Origin: a bacterium
GTDB lineage: Bacteria; Armatimonadota; Zipacnadia; Zipacnadales; UBA11051
Assembly (NCBI GenBank): GCA_030604405.1
Contig: JAUVVY010000004.1
Location: 86,853 to 150,852 of the forward strand
Direction: 5' to 3'
Length of the DNA: 64,000 bases
In this document: one piece after another, positions 1 through 11,100 of the stretch
Numbering within the stretch: position 1 is the first letter of the stretch
How the letters are laid out: each line of letters starts with the position of its first letter
The notes under the pieces: model-generated
What the model was told of the DNA's origin: nothing
Databases searched by the model: none
What the model saw: the letters and a program-made list of their open reading frames with translations, nothing else
Position numbers and translations under genes: made by a program

Positions 1-306
1 GCCGCCGACGAGCATCTCGGCAAGATACGCTCCGGCGGCCTGATTGTAGCCAATTCCTCCCTGACCGGCCCCTTGACGGTAGCCGATGCAGAATTGATCG
101 AGGTGCCCGCTACCAGGATGGCCGCCGAACTGGGCAACGAACAGGTAACCAACATCATCCTGTTGGGGACGTATGTGAAAGCCCGGGGCGTCTTGCAACT
201 GTCGCACTTTGAAGCAGCGCTCAAGACCGTCTTGCCAGAAAGACACCACAAACACATACCGTTGAACATTGAGGCCGTAAACCTGGGCGCCGAACAAGTC
301 CCTTGA
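1..306 (+). CDS. 2-oxoacid:ferredoxin oxidoreductase gamma subunit (pyruvate/ketoisovalerate oxidoreductase gamma-like), C-terminal fragment entering from the window edge
   Basis: Frame-1 translation from nt 1 reads AADEHLGKIRSGGLIVANSS...IEVPATRMAAELGNEQVTNIILLGTYVKARGV...EAVNLGAEQVP. The pattern (GG-LIVNSS, IA-ELG, N-MLG, E-A-G at the C-terminus) matches Por/Kor gamma subunits. The ORF is open to the window start. Confidence 0.5.
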   Translation, partial: AADEHLGKIRSGGLIVANSSLTGPLTVADAELIEVPATRMAAELGNEQVTNIILLGTYVKARGVLQLSHFEAALKTVLPERHHKHIPLNIEAVNLGAEQVP

Positions 307-536
307 TCGCGGATTCCTGAGAGCCAGAGGGCGCGCAAATGTCTGTCACATTTCCCAACAGTGTACCCCGCCCGGCGTTGGGCACACGAAGCCTCCAGAC
401 CAGGAACAGCAGACACGATCCGCGAGCGCCTGCTGCGTTAGAGACAGGTGCATAGGGAGGGACGTGTATCATAGAGATCAACAACGGACGCCTGAAGCTC
501 AGCTTTGAGCCAGCCACGGGCGCACTGGCTCGCATC

Positions 537-2516
537 GTGGACACAAGAAGCGGGCTGGTGCATCTGGATGCTCTCGGCGGCGGGTGCAGCGATGGCCGGC
601 TTTTCAGGGTGAACGTGCCCAGCGATACCTGGTCATCCCGATATGCAGATAGCCATGCCCAGGCCACCGTGGAGTTGACGCGGGAAAAGGATGGCCTGCG
701 GCTATGGTATCCTGACCTGGTGGTGGCCACAGGCGAGACTCACGGGGTCTCTGCGGAAGTACGGGTAACGCCGTCTCCGGCGGCGGACGAAGCGCTGTTT
801 ACGCTGCGTCTGGAGAACGATGGTCCCACGGAGATCAACGAGGTGCGCTTCCCATGGGTCGGCGGATGGACCGGCTATGGCGGCAAGGGCCTGGACCGAA
901 TGGCCCTCGGAGCCCACAACTTCTTCGACCCCCATTCCTTTCCGACGCCTGTGGGCAACACCTATGCTCTCAATGATCAGCGGCGCAAGTTCCTGTATCC
1001 TGTGAACCTGTTTGCGCCCTGGCTGGATGTCTCAGGGCCCATCGGCGGGCTGTCCTATCTTAACTACATGTCGAGGCCTGAGAACGGCTGCATCTCCATC
1101 GAGAACCTGGCCGGCTACGGTTCCGGCTTGCGACTGGCCTTCGGATGGGCACACTTCATCGTGTTGCGTGCTGGAGAGACATGGACCTCGCCACCGGTTG
1201 GCCTGGCGGTTCACGACGGCGACTGGCACGACACCGCCGACCGTTACCGCCGGTGGTTCGAGACGCAATACCCACCAGACCTCAGTCGCCGGTCCTTGCG
1301 GGCCATGATCGGCTTCCAGAATGTCTTCTTCCGGGGGTTCGATGGCAGCCCCATCCGCAGTCTCGACGAAATCCCCCGGGTGGCCGCCATCGGGCGTGAG
1401 TACGGGGTGGAGCACCTGTGCGTATGGGACTCGCTGACCCTGGGCAACTACGCCAACAAGGGAGCTCGGGACCTGACTGATTACCCGGCCGCAGAACGCG
1501 CCGTGCTGAGCGAGGGCTTGAAGCAGGCGGAAGCCGAGGGCACCTACACCAGCGCGCTGATCAACTTCCGGCATCCCAATGTCCGGCTGCATCTGCCTGA
1601 CCCGACTGTGCAGCGGCAGATCCAGCGCCGCTATGACGGCACTGCTCGCACCGAGAACTGGTCGGGCTCTCATCATCACGCCGGGCTGCCGACGCAACAC
1701 CTGGGACCCGAGAGCTACGTCTTCAGTCCCTTTTCGGAAGCCCATCAGGAGCGCGTGATGCGCCTGACCCGTGAGTATCTCAACCTTGGCTACACCGCCA
1801 TGTTCTATGACCAACCATTTGAATCCTACCCGGACTATGCTTTCCTGCAGCAAGGCCATCGCCCTGCGCACACCCATCACGCAGCCATTCAACTCATCGC
1901 CCGTGTCCGCGAACTGCTCCTCCGGAATGATCCCAACGCCATCATCATCGGCGAGGAGTGTGACGTGTTCGCCACGCCCTGGGTTGACATGTGGATGAGC
2001 TGGAGCATCTCCGTCCCGGCGGTGGCCGCGTCAGTGGCCATGACGCATTACTCGATCCCTCACACGATGCTCTCCTGGGTTGTGGATCGTGAGCCTGAAC
2101 GTGCGGCCCTGGCCTTTGCGACAGGCATGTATCTGTGCCTGATGATCCATGGCGGCGAGGGAACGCTGGACGATGAACCCAGCCTCGCTCATCTGGTGAG
2201 AACCCTCGGGGAGTTGCGGAAAGCCACGGCCGAGCGCACCGTGCAGGCGCGCTTTGTGGATTGCCGCGGTCTGACGATAGACGCCGATGAGGGCTTTGTT
2301 GCTCATAGCTACGACGGCCCGGCCGGACCGGCGGTGATCGTGGCCGCTCCGGGAGCTGCTGCCAACGGCCGGGTGCAGGTTGACCGGTCCGCATTCAGTG
2401 CTCCTGGTGACAGCGCTGATGGACAACTGCATCGTCTTGATGGTTCTGTCGAAGCCCTGGCAGGTGACGTGTGCGAGTTCCGTTTGCAGGCTAATGAAGT
2501 TGCGGTCTGGACATAA
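537..2516 (+). CDS. hypothetical protein, 659 aa, possibly a carbohydrate-active enzyme
   Basis: Long ORF with GC-consistent codon use and no competing ORF. There is no signal peptide. It is rich in W/Y/D as glycoside-hydrolase-like proteins are, but I recognise no family motif. Confidence 0.45.
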   Translation: MDTRSGLVHLDALGGGCSDGRLFRVNVPSDTWSSRYADSHAQATVELTREKDGLRLWYPDLVVATGETHGVSAEVRVTPSPAADEALFTLRLENDGPTEINEVRFPWVGGWTGYGGKGLDRMALGAHNFFDPHSFPTPVGNTYALNDQRRKFLYPVNLFAPWLDVSGPIGGLSYLNYMSRPENGCISIENLAGYGSGLRLAFGWAHFIVLRAGETWTSPPVGLAVHDGDWHDTADRYRRWFETQYPPDLSRRSLRAMIGFQNVFFRGFDGSPIRSLDEIPRVAAIGREYGVEHLCVWDSLTLGNYANKGARDLTDYPAAERAVLSEGLKQAEAEGTYTSALINFRHPNVRLHLPDPTVQRQIQRRYDGTARTENWSGSHHHAGLPTQHLGPESYVFSPFSEAHQERVMRLTREYLNLGYTAMFYDQPFESYPDYAFLQQGHRPAHTHHAAIQLIARVRELLLRNDPNAIIIGEECDVFATPWVDMWMSWSISVPAVAASVAMTHYSIPHTMLSWVVDREPERAALAFATGMYLCLMIHGGEGTLDDEPSLAHLVRTLGELRKATAERTVQARFVDCRGLTIDADEGFVAHSYDGPAGPAVIVAAPGAAANGRVQVDRSAFSAPGDSADGQLHRLDGSVEALAGDVCEFRLQANEVAVWT

Positions 2517-2860
2517 TGCTCCAGGGCGTCGTAGTGTCAAACATGTGAGGACGGCCACACAAGTGTCGGAGACGGACCTCGAACTGTGGCGGGAATGCCA
2601 GAGGGCGAAGGAAAACCGCGGAGCAAGAGCCGCTGGTGCAGGAAGCAAAGCGCGTCCTTGCCACTTGCGACGACTTTGTGACCACCGACGCCTACTATCA
2701 CCAGCGTATAACGGCTGACCAGATATTGACAGCGCGAGAGCAAATCGCCTCTGAAATTGAGAAGATATCGAAAGTATTGGGCGACTAGCAAGGAGCCTGG
2801 ACCATCTCGCGAACTCGGGGCAACATTGCCTGGCGTGAGATCTATGCGACGGCATGAAGA

Positions 2861-3544
2861 TTGAAGCTTTGTCAGCTTAGGTCGCTATTCGAATACTCTT
2901 TGGAGGTGGACGCCATACTTAGCGGAGTTGAGAAGACAGCAGATGCGATTCGTGAGCGGCTCGACGTGCTTGACGGCGTACGTGAAAAGGCCTACAAGCT
3001 TTCGCGCGAGATCGTACGTGCCTCGTCAATAACGATAAAGCACATGCACCGCAACGAGGTTGATGAGGCGCGCGGGCAACTGGGCGCGACCGCGGCACTT
3101 GTTGCCGAAATGCAGGAGGCGCTCGCCGACGCACCCCAACTCAGCCGCGGCGGCTTCGTTGCAGACGCGGAGAAGGAATACGTCGAGGCCGCAATAGTGA
3201 TCGCCTGCATAGCCGGCGAAGACGTTCCGGATCACGCGACGCTGGGCGTATGCGGGGCAGTATGGCTCAACGGGCTGGCCGAGGTGGTGGGTGAGCTACG
3301 CCGTCATGTGCTGGACCTCATCCGCATGGGCGAGCCGGAGCGCGCGGAAGAATTCCTCGCCGCAATGGACGACATCTATCAGATTATCATGTCCTTCGAT
3401 TACCCCGACGCTATCACGTTGGGTTTGCGCAGACGCTCTGACGCGGCCCGGGGCATGGTAGAGAGAACCCGTGGCGATCTCACCAACGCGCTGCGCCAGG
3501 CCAGCCTCGAAAAACGATTGGGGCAGCTCGAAGAGCGGCTGTGA
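2861..3544 (+). CDS. translin-family protein (bacterial/archaeal translin-like nucleic-acid-binding protein)
   Basis: 227 aa. Motifs EKEYVEAAIV, GLAEVVGELRRHVLDLIRMG, DDIYQII, YPDAITLGLRRRSDAARGMVERTRGDL match the conserved translin-family C-terminal signature (GLADLTGELRR ... PDALT-GLRRK-D-AR-IERTR-DL). Confidence 0.6.
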   Translation: MKLCQLRSLFEYSLEVDAILSGVEKTADAIRERLDVLDGVREKAYKLSREIVRASSITIKHMHRNEVDEARGQLGATAALVAEMQEALADAPQLSRGGFVADAEKEYVEAAIVIACIAGEDVPDHATLGVCGAVWLNGLAEVVGELRRHVLDLIRMGEPERAEEFLAAMDDIYQIIMSFDYPDAITLGLRRRSDAARGMVERTRGDLTNALRQASLEKRLGQLEERL

Positions 3545-3792
3545 AGAGCACGCGGCCTCGGCGGATGACGTCAGTGAGTTCGTTAGCGGAAGAAGTTGCA
3601 GCCCGGTGACTTCGTCGCCGAACGGCAAAAACACCACTATAGGACATTTTCACTTTGCAGCAATAGGACATTATCACGTTGCGCTTACACTCTCTCCGCC
3701 ATCTGTTGACACACCTGCCGAATGCAGTTAGAATAGCGCGAATGTCCGCCAGCCAAGCACAGGTAAAACTGCAACCATGCAACGTGTGGCCT

Positions 3793-4701
3793 ATGAGTGC
3801 TACGGGCCTGATAACCGATATCAAGAAATTCGCAATCCACGACGGGCCGGGCATCAGGACAACAGTCTTTCTCAAGGGCTGTCCGATGCGGTGTCTTTGG
3901 TGCCATAACCCGGAAACACAGAGTGACGAGCCCATTGTGGGCTATCTGCAGGCCAACTGCATCGGCTGCGAGAAGTGTATTGAGGCCTGCCCGCAAGACG
4001 CACTGTCGTCGGGTAAAGATGGCATAGTCAGAGATCGCGTCGTTTGCACCAACTGCGGCGCGTGCGTGGAAGTCTGCCCGGCCGAGGCCATGATCATGTA
4101 CGGCAAAGAGGCGACGGTGGCCGAGGTCATGGCCGAGGTGGAAAAGGATCGTCCGTTTTACGAGAACTCCGGCGGCGGGGTAACGCTTTCGGGCGGCGAG
4201 CCGCTGCATCAGCCTGAGTTTGCTGTCGCGCTTCTGAAGGCAGCCAAGCAAGCGGGCTTGCACACCTGTGTGGATACTTGTGGATACGTGCCGTGGTCCG
4301 CATTCGAGGCAACTTTGCCCTATACAGACCTGGTGCTTTACGACATCAAGTCAACCAATGACGCAGTTCACCACGAATATACAGGCTGCCCGAGCGCGCT
4401 GATAGTACAGAATCTCGAAGCGCTGCTCGAGGATGACGTTGAAGTGCTGGTCCGGACGCCGGTGGTGTCGGGGTTCAACGCTACGGTGGAGGATCTGGCT
4501 GCCATCGCGGGCCTTTTGACGGGCTTGACGCGGCTTGTGGACATGGAACTGTTGGCCTATCATGAACTCGGTGAAGCGAAGTTTGAGCGACTGGGTATGA
4601 CGTATGAGTTGCAGGGCCTGAAACCACCCGGCAAGGAATTGATGGCGGAACTGGCTCAGACTGTGCAGGACCGCGGAGTCAACTGCAGAGTCGGAAACTA
4701 A
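3793..4701 (+). CDS. glycyl-radical enzyme activating protein (radical SAM, PflA family, with two extra ferredoxin-like 4Fe-4S motifs)
   Basis: Radical-SAM motif GCPMRCLWCHNPE (CxxxCxxC). Two CxxCxxCxxxCP ferredoxin motifs (CIGCEKCIEACP, CTNCGACVEVCP). SGGEP SAM-binding motif. The N-terminal KKFAIHDGPGIRTTVF is typical of GRE activases. The start is placed at internal Met39 (MSATGL) of the track ORF 3679..4701; Met22 at 3742 is an alternative. Confidence 0.75.
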   Translation: MSATGLITDIKKFAIHDGPGIRTTVFLKGCPMRCLWCHNPETQSDEPIVGYLQANCIGCEKCIEACPQDALSSGKDGIVRDRVVCTNCGACVEVCPAEAMIMYGKEATVAEVMAEVEKDRPFYENSGGGVTLSGGEPLHQPEFAVALLKAAKQAGLHTCVDTCGYVPWSAFEATLPYTDLVLYDIKSTNDAVHHEYTGCPSALIVQNLEALLEDDVEVLVRTPVVSGFNATVEDLAAIAGLLTGLTRLVDMELLAYHELGEAKFERLGMTYELQGLKPPGKELMAELAQTVQDRGVNCRVGN

Positions 4702-4802
4702 CAGACAGACTGCATACGTCGGATTGCGCGGTGGCCGTCATCAATGACGGGCACCGTTATTTGTGTGTGTTCGCCAACGCTGGAACCTGGTGGAGTTGAT
4801 TG

Positions 4803-7800
4803 ATGCCTAAACGCGCCGACATAAATAGCATTCTCCTCATCGGCTCAGGCCCGATCATCATTGGGCAGGCCTGTGAATTCGATTATTCCGGCACCCAGGC
4901 CTGCAAGGCGCTGCGCGAGGAAGGCTACGAGGTTATCCTGGTTAACTCCAACCCGGCCACCATCATGACCGACCCCGAAATGGCCGACCGGACCTATATC
5001 GAGCCGCTGACCGTCGAAAGCGTCACTGAGATCATGGCCAACGAGAAGCCCGATGTACTGCTGCCCACAGTGGGTGGGCAGACGGCGCTTAACCTGGCGC
5101 TGCAACTGGCTGAGACCGGGGCGCTGTCTCGGTACAACGTCGAGCTAATCGGGGCCTCGCGCAAGGCGATAAAGAAGGCCGAGGACCGCGAGCTTTTCAA
5201 AGACGCAATGGTTGCCGCCGGCCTGGAGGTCCCGCAAAGTGGCTTCGCTTCCAATCTGCGTGACGCGCGGCTGATAGCGGACGAGATAGGTTTCCCGCTT
5301 ATTATCCGCCCGTCCGGCACTCTAGGTGGCAGTGGGGGCGGCATTGCCAGCAATATGGAAGAGTTGGAGCACGCCTGTGCCAGAGGCATTGACGCCAGCC
5401 CGATGAACGAGGTACTTGTCGAAGAATCTGTCATCGGCTGGAAAGAGTACGAACTCGAGGTCATGCGCGACCGCAAGGACAATGTGGTTATCGTCTGCTC
5501 CATCGAAAACCTCGACCCGATGGGCATCCATACCGGTGATTCGATTACCGTAGCCCCCGCCCAGACGCTGACAGACCGTGAATACCAGATCATGCGCGAC
5601 CAAGCTATCAGAATCATGCGCGAGATCGGTGTTGACACCGGCGGCTCTAATATCCAGTTCGCCATCAACCCGCAAGATGGGCGCATGGTGGTGATCGAGA
5701 TGAACCCGCGCGTGAGCCGCTCGTCGGCGCTGGCCTCCAAGGCGACCGGCTTCCCGATCGCCAAGATCGCCGCTAAGCTTGCCGTCGGCTACACGCTCGA
5801 CGAGATCTCCAACGACATCACCCGCGAGACGCCCGCGTGCTTCGAGCCAACGATAGACTATGTTGTGACTAAGATCCCACGCTGGGCTTTTGAGAAATTC
5901 CCCGCTGCCGACCCGACGCTGATGACGCAGATGAAATCGGTGGGCGAGGCGATGGCGATCGGGCGCACCTTCAAAGAGTCGCTGCAGAAGGGCATCCGCA
6001 GTCTCGAAATCGACCGCTTCGGCCTGGGCGCGGATGGCAAGGGCGTGCATTACGACCAGATGCCGGCCGAGGAGCTCAAGCGCCAGCTTCTGCTCCCGCA
6101 CCCCGACCGCCTCTTCCAGCTCCGCAGCGCCATGCGCGCGGGAATAAGCGTTGAAGAGCTTTACGATATCACTGGCATTGACCCCTGGTTCCTCTACAAC
6201 ATCCAGCAGATAGTCGAAATGCAGGATGAGATAGTCAAGTACCGCGACCCACCCGAGGCGGATAGCATTGACCCCGAGGCAAGAGCGGCCTCGTCGCCGC
6301 TTCCGACTGATGTGATGCGCGAGGCCAAGCGGGCCGGGTTTTCTGACCAGCAGATCGCGGTACTGACGCAAACCGATCCCGCGCACATACGCCAGGTGCG
6401 CAAGGAGCTAGGAATCGAGCCTGTGGTCAAGCTGGTGGACACCTGCGCCGCCGAATTCGAAGCGTACACGCCATACTATTACCTGACCTACGAGCAGGAG
6501 GACGAGCACCGGCGCACCGATGCCAAGAAAGTTGTGATCCTGGGTGCCGGGCCTAACCGCATCGGCCAGGGGATAGAGTTCGACTACTGCTGCGTACATG
6601 CCGCCTTTGCGCTCAGCGAAGACGGCTATGAGACGATAATGGTCAACTCCAACCCCGAGACCGTCTCCACCGACTACGACACCTCGGACAAACTGTACTT
6701 CGAGCCGCTCACGGTTGAGGACGTGCTCAATATCTGCGAAAAGGAAAACCCCTACGGCGTGATGATGCAGTTCGGCGGCCAGACTCCGCTTAACTTGGCC
6801 AGAGAGCTGGTCGAGCACGGCGTTGCGATACTGGGCACTACCGCTGATAGCATTGACCGCGCCGAAGACCGCGAGCGCTTCAAGCAACTGCTCGAAAAGC
6901 TTGGCTGCCGCCAGCCCGACAACGCCACAGCCACCAGCGTGGAGGGAGCCATCGCAGCCGCAATCACCATCGGCTATCCGGTGGTGGTCAGGCCCTCGTA
7001 TGTGTTGGGCGGCCGGGCCATGCAGATCGTCTATAACGATGAGACGCTGGCCGAGTACATGGCGTGGGCCCTTGAGGCCTCGCCCGAGCACGCCGTCCTC
7101 ATTGACGAATTCCTCGAAGATGCCGTCGAGATAGATGTGGACGCTGTCGCTGATGGCGAGCGCTGTGTCATCGGCGGCATCATGGAGCACATCGAGGAGG
7201 CCGGCGTCCACTCCGGCGATTCAGCATGCGTTCTGCCGGCGTTCTCCCTGGCAGAGACTGAAGCCCAGGAGATCCGCGAACAGACCGAGGCCATCGCCCT
7301 GGAACTGCAGGTCATAGGCCTACTCAACATCCAATACGCCATCCGCAACGAGCAGCTTCACGTGCTGGAGGTCAATCCACGCGCCTCCCGCACTGTGCCG
7401 TATGTGTCCAAGGCGATCGGGGTGCCGCTGGCCAAGATCGCAGCCCGGGTCATGGTCGGCAAGAGCCTGGAAGAGCTGGGCTTCACCGAAGAGATTCAGC
7501 CTCCACACATGGCCGTCAAGTGCCCGGTCTTCCCGTTCAGCAAGTTCGCCGGTGTGGATACGCTGCTGGGGCCGGAGATGAAGTCCACCGGCGAGGTCAT
7601 GGGCATAGACGAACACTTCGGCGCTGCGTTTGCGAAGGCTTATATCGCCGCCGGTCACGATCTCCCCGACCGCGGCACCATCTTTATCTCCGTGCGCAAC
7701 CGCGACAAGCGCGATGCAATCTTCCTGGCCAAGCGGCTGTCAGAGCTGGGCTTTGACATCGTGGCCACCCGGGGCACAGCCCATGTGCTGAGCCGCTGCG

Positions 7801-8087
7801 GTGTCAAGGCTGAGGAGATCTCGCGCCTTTCCGACCCCAGTGGCGGCCGCAACTCCATTGACCTGATCCGCGACGGCCGCATTGACCTGATCATCAATAC
7901 CCCCACCGCCGGCCAGGAGCCGCGCGAAGACCAGATTGCTATCCGCCGCGAAGCGGTGCTTTACAAAGTGCCGTGTATTACGACGATGGCGGGTGCGATG
8001 GTCGCTGCCCTGGGCCTCGAAGCCCTGCGTGACGGCCACATTGACCCGAAACCGCTGCAGGAATACCACCGCGCGATGGTCGAATAG
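4803..8087 (+). CDS. carB: carbamoyl-phosphate synthase large subunit
   Basis: 1094 aa. N-terminal [33 protein letters not shown]. Two ATP-grasp halves (second: [26 protein letters not shown]). C-terminal MGS-like domain. Start taken at the second Met of the track ORF. Confidence 0.95.
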   Translation: MPKRADINSILLIGSGPIIIGQACEFDYSGTQACKALREEGYEVILVNSNPATIMTDPEMADRTYIEPLTVESVTEIMANEKPDVLLPTVGGQTALNLALQLAETGALSRYNVELIGASRKAIKKAEDRELFKDAMVAAGLEVPQSGFASNLRDARLIADEIGFPLIIRPSGTLGGSGGGIASNMEELEHACARGIDASPMNEVLVEESVIGWKEYELEVMRDRKDNVVIVCSIENLDPMGIHTGDSITVAPAQTLTDREYQIMRDQAIRIMREIGVDTGGSNIQFAINPQDGRMVVIEMNPRVSRSSALASKATGFPIAKIAAKLAVGYTLDEISNDITRETPACFEPTIDYVVTKIPRWAFEKFPAADPTLMTQMKSVGEAMAIGRTFKESLQKGIRSLEIDRFGLGADGKGVHYDQMPAEELKRQLLLPHPDRLFQLRSAMRAGISVEELYDITGIDPWFLYNIQQIVEMQDEIVKYRDPPEADSIDPEARAASSPLPTDVMREAKRAGFSDQQIAVLTQTDPAHIRQVRKELGIEPVVKLVDTCAAEFEAYTPYYYLTYEQEDEHRRTDAKKVVILGAGPNRIGQGIEFDYCCVHAAFALSEDGYETIMVNSNPETVSTDYDTSDKLYFEPLTVEDVLNICEKENPYGVMMQFGGQTPLNLARELVEHGVAILGTTADSIDRAEDRERFKQLLEKLGCRQPDNATATSVEGAIAAAITIGYPVVVRPSYVLGGRAMQIVYNDETLAEYMAWALEASPEHAVLIDEFLEDAVEIDVDAVADGERCVIGGIMEHIEEAGVHSGDSACVLPAFSLAETEAQEIREQTEAIALELQVIGLLNIQYAIRNEQLHVLEVNPRASRTVPYVSKAIGVPLAKIAARVMVGKSLEELGFTEEIQPPHMAVKCPVFPFSKFAGVDTLLGPEMKSTGEVMGIDEHFGAAFAKAYIAAGHDLPDRGTIFISVRNRDKRDAIFLAKRLSELGFDIVATRGTAHVLSRCGVKAEEISRLSDPSGGRNSIDLIRDGRIDLIINTPTAGQEPREDQIAIRREAVLYKVPCITTMAGAMVAALGLEALRDGHIDPKPLQEYHRAMVE

Positions 8088-8093
8088 AGAGTT

Positions 8094-8169
8094 AGATTGG
8101 GGACAACCCATTTCTTGTAATTTCTGTAAGTCCTACTCCTCTGCAGCAACAGGTGACTGTCCCCAATTT
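8094..8169. repeat. copy A of IR-flanked 5'-leader element (degenerate, about 76 bp)
   Basis: Arms gattggggacaacccatttc ... caggtgactgtccccaattt with interior atttctgtaagtcctactcct. This is related to copies at 11980 and 22321. It ends about 20 nt before AGGAGG and the ATG of the 8181 gene. Confidence 0.55.
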
Positions 8170-8180
8170 AGCCAGGAGGA

Positions 8181-11100
8181 ATGACAATGTCAGCGCAAAA
8201 CATCTTTGTGGCGGTACTAATCATTGTGGTGCTGAGTGCTGTTAATAGTTTCGCTGACGACGTTATCATACCGGCCGATGAGCCGCTGATGGACTGGTCG
8301 CCGTGGGAGAAGTATCGCAGTACGGTACAGCACCCGGCCGGGTACATAAACGCCCAGGACCTGGAAAACGCCCGCGAGAATATCAAGCGCTACCAGTGGG
8401 CGAAGGACTATGTGCAGGGAATCGAAGCCAACGTCGTGGCGCACCTGGAGAAGTTCACTCCCGAATTCCTCGAGCAGATGATACCGGCCAACTCCGTGCA
8501 GCGGTGCTTCCAGTGTCCGGCATGTCGTGACAAGGACCTGCCACGACATCCGGGTGGCGCCTGGGCCTGGTCAGTTGATGATCCAGAGCACATCAAGTGC
8601 CGGCTGTGCGGCACCGTTTTCCCCAATGACGAATACCCCGAGACAATTGTGCTCGAGTGCCAGTCGGAGGCCGGCAAGGGACAGAAGTTCAGCTACTACG
8701 GCGGCGAACCGTTCCAGCAGTGGGGTTATGCTCATTGCCGGCCCAGCTTCTCCGGCCATGTACGCTACTGCAAGGTCGGGTGGTCTAGAGGCAGGGCATA
8801 CCAGTTCGCCCTCGCCTACGCACTCACTGAAAAGCCGGAGTATGCGGAAGTGACGCGCAAGATACTCCTGCGCTTCGCCGAGGTGTACCCGCACTGGCTG
8901 CTGGTTTCCGACTATGGTGAGGTCGCGGACATGGATCCGCACATAGCGGCGCTCAACCTCGATCACCTGCCGGAGGATGAATTGGTCTATCCGCCGAACC
9001 AGCCGAACCGCAAGCTCTACGCGGGCTATTGGCAGAGCGGCAAAGCCGGCGGGGGGGCGGATGCACAGGGCGGTTTCACACAGATGATGCTGCAGACCTA
9101 TGAGCTGGCCCACAATGCCAAGAAAGCTGATGGGACGCCGCTTTTTAGCGAAGAAGAACGGATCAAAATCGAGCGCGATCTAATTCTGGAAAGCTGCATT
9201 CACCTGTACGCTCATAAGGGTATCAATAACAAGTCTGTCAGTGGGCGGAAAGCCGTGGGCATGGTCGGGGTAGCGCTGGGCCTGCCCGGCTTTGTGCGCT
9301 TCGGGCTGGAGGGCTGGAAGCTGACGATGGATGACTGGTTCCTGGCCGATGGCTGCACACCCGAGTCACCGGGCTATGCGATGATGACCCTTGGGGGGAT
9401 GTACTCGCTTGCGCAGGCGCTCCGGGATTACTCCGACCCGCCGGGCTATGTGGATCAAGATGGGAATCGGATAGACAGTCTCAACCTCTACGAGGGTAAG
9501 TACAAGCTGGTCTGGCAGCGGATGTTTGAAGGCCTGCAGGGGAATCTGCGCTACCCGCCGTATGCAGATTCGTATCGCACCACGGCCCTGGGTGCACGAT
9601 TTTGCGAGCTTCTGGCCGCCAACTATCCTGACAACCTGCAATACCTGGCGCTGCTGAAGGCGTATGCGGGCGATGACCTGAGCAAAGCCGACCGCCAGAC
9701 GGCGCTGTTTTTCCGGCAGCCAGGCCTGCAGGAGAAAGAAACGCCGCCGCTGCGTTTCGACGACAACTTCTTCCCGATTCTTTGTCTCGGCCAACTCCGC
9801 AGCGGCGAGCACGGGCGCAAGTCGCTGGCCCTGCTCAGCGCCACCCACTGGGGCGGCCATCATCAGTCCGACAGCCTCAACCTGTACTACTGGCAGGATG
9901 GTCACGAGCTGCTGACTGACTTCGGCTATCTCTGGGACCACCCGATGCACAAGATGATCAGTCGCACCTTTGCCCACAACACCGGCATGGTGGACCTCAC
10001 CGGCCAGAAAGCCAAGGGCCGCGGCGGGTATGTTCACCTGTTCCACACTGGTGAGAAGATCAAGGTCATGGAAGCCTCATCGCACGCCTACGACAAGGCC
10101 GACATTTACCGCCGTACCGTTGTGCAGATTGACCATGCGCCGGATAATTCATATCTCGTGGACATCTTTCGTCTCCAAGCCGATGGCTCTCGTGACCTGG
10201 TCTATCACGGCCCAAACAGCGACTACCAGCTATCAGGCATAGAGCTACAGGAAGGCAAGATTGCCCCTGAGGAGAAAGAAATCCGCTTCGCCCTGCGCTT
10301 CCATCTGGCGGGTGAGACTGACGAGATATTCGTTGATGACGTCAGCATCAAGCTCGCCGACGGCACCGAAGTGGCAGTCAATCCATCAATCACCGAGATG
10401 AATGAGAAGACAGACAAGCCGGCGGGATGGAACCACTATTCCGGTGACGGTGCAGTTGAGTGGGGCGCCTCATCGCCGGGCCGCAGCGACGATCACTGCG
10501 CGTATCTGAAGGTGACAGGGAAGCCAAAGAAGAGAGTGAATCAGGCGCTGATGCACGGCGATACCAAGGGCTACACCGGAACCAACGCCCTGCAGATGCG
10601 CGAGGGCAGCAAGGGCAAGGTCAGCTTCTGGATACGGGGCAAGGCGGCCGCCTGCAATGTCGGATTTGTGATGTGGCCCAACGACCCCAATAATCCCGGC
10701 GACCGCCAGCATATCGCTTTGGCGTCCATTCCCGCAACCGAGGAGTGGGTCCAGCACACGGTTGACTTTTCGTTCGAGAGGAGCAGGATGGACCTGGAGA
10801 ACGTCAAATCCGCACACAGCCCCGACACGTGGAGCGCCAGGTGGCAGGTAGCCGAAGACATGCAGCTTTCAGCTTACCATTGCGGACAGAGGGGCGAGGT
10901 TACCTGCATCGGCGACGGCTGGGGCCAGCGCGATCATCGCAACAGCGACCTCGGCGTCACCATCCCCTACATCGTCCGCCGCCATAAGCCCGACGAAGGC
11001 ATATCGGCCTTCTGCACCGTCTATGAAGGCCATAAGCCCGACGCAGGCCTGGTGAAATCGGCATTCCGTCTGGCCGTCCCTGAAGAGCAGCGAGACAACG

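Noticed and set aside
3679-3792. N-terminal 38 aa of the track ORF for the glycyl-radical activase (MRLHSLRHLL...)
   Set aside because: It is not protein-like. The canonical activase N-terminus begins at the internal Met (MSATGLITDIKKFAIHDGPG).
5322-6386. 354-aa minus-strand ORF, and several others, inside carB
   Set aside because: It is antisense to a highly conserved gene. High-GC genomes produce long spurious antisense ORFs, and this one has no recognisable domains.
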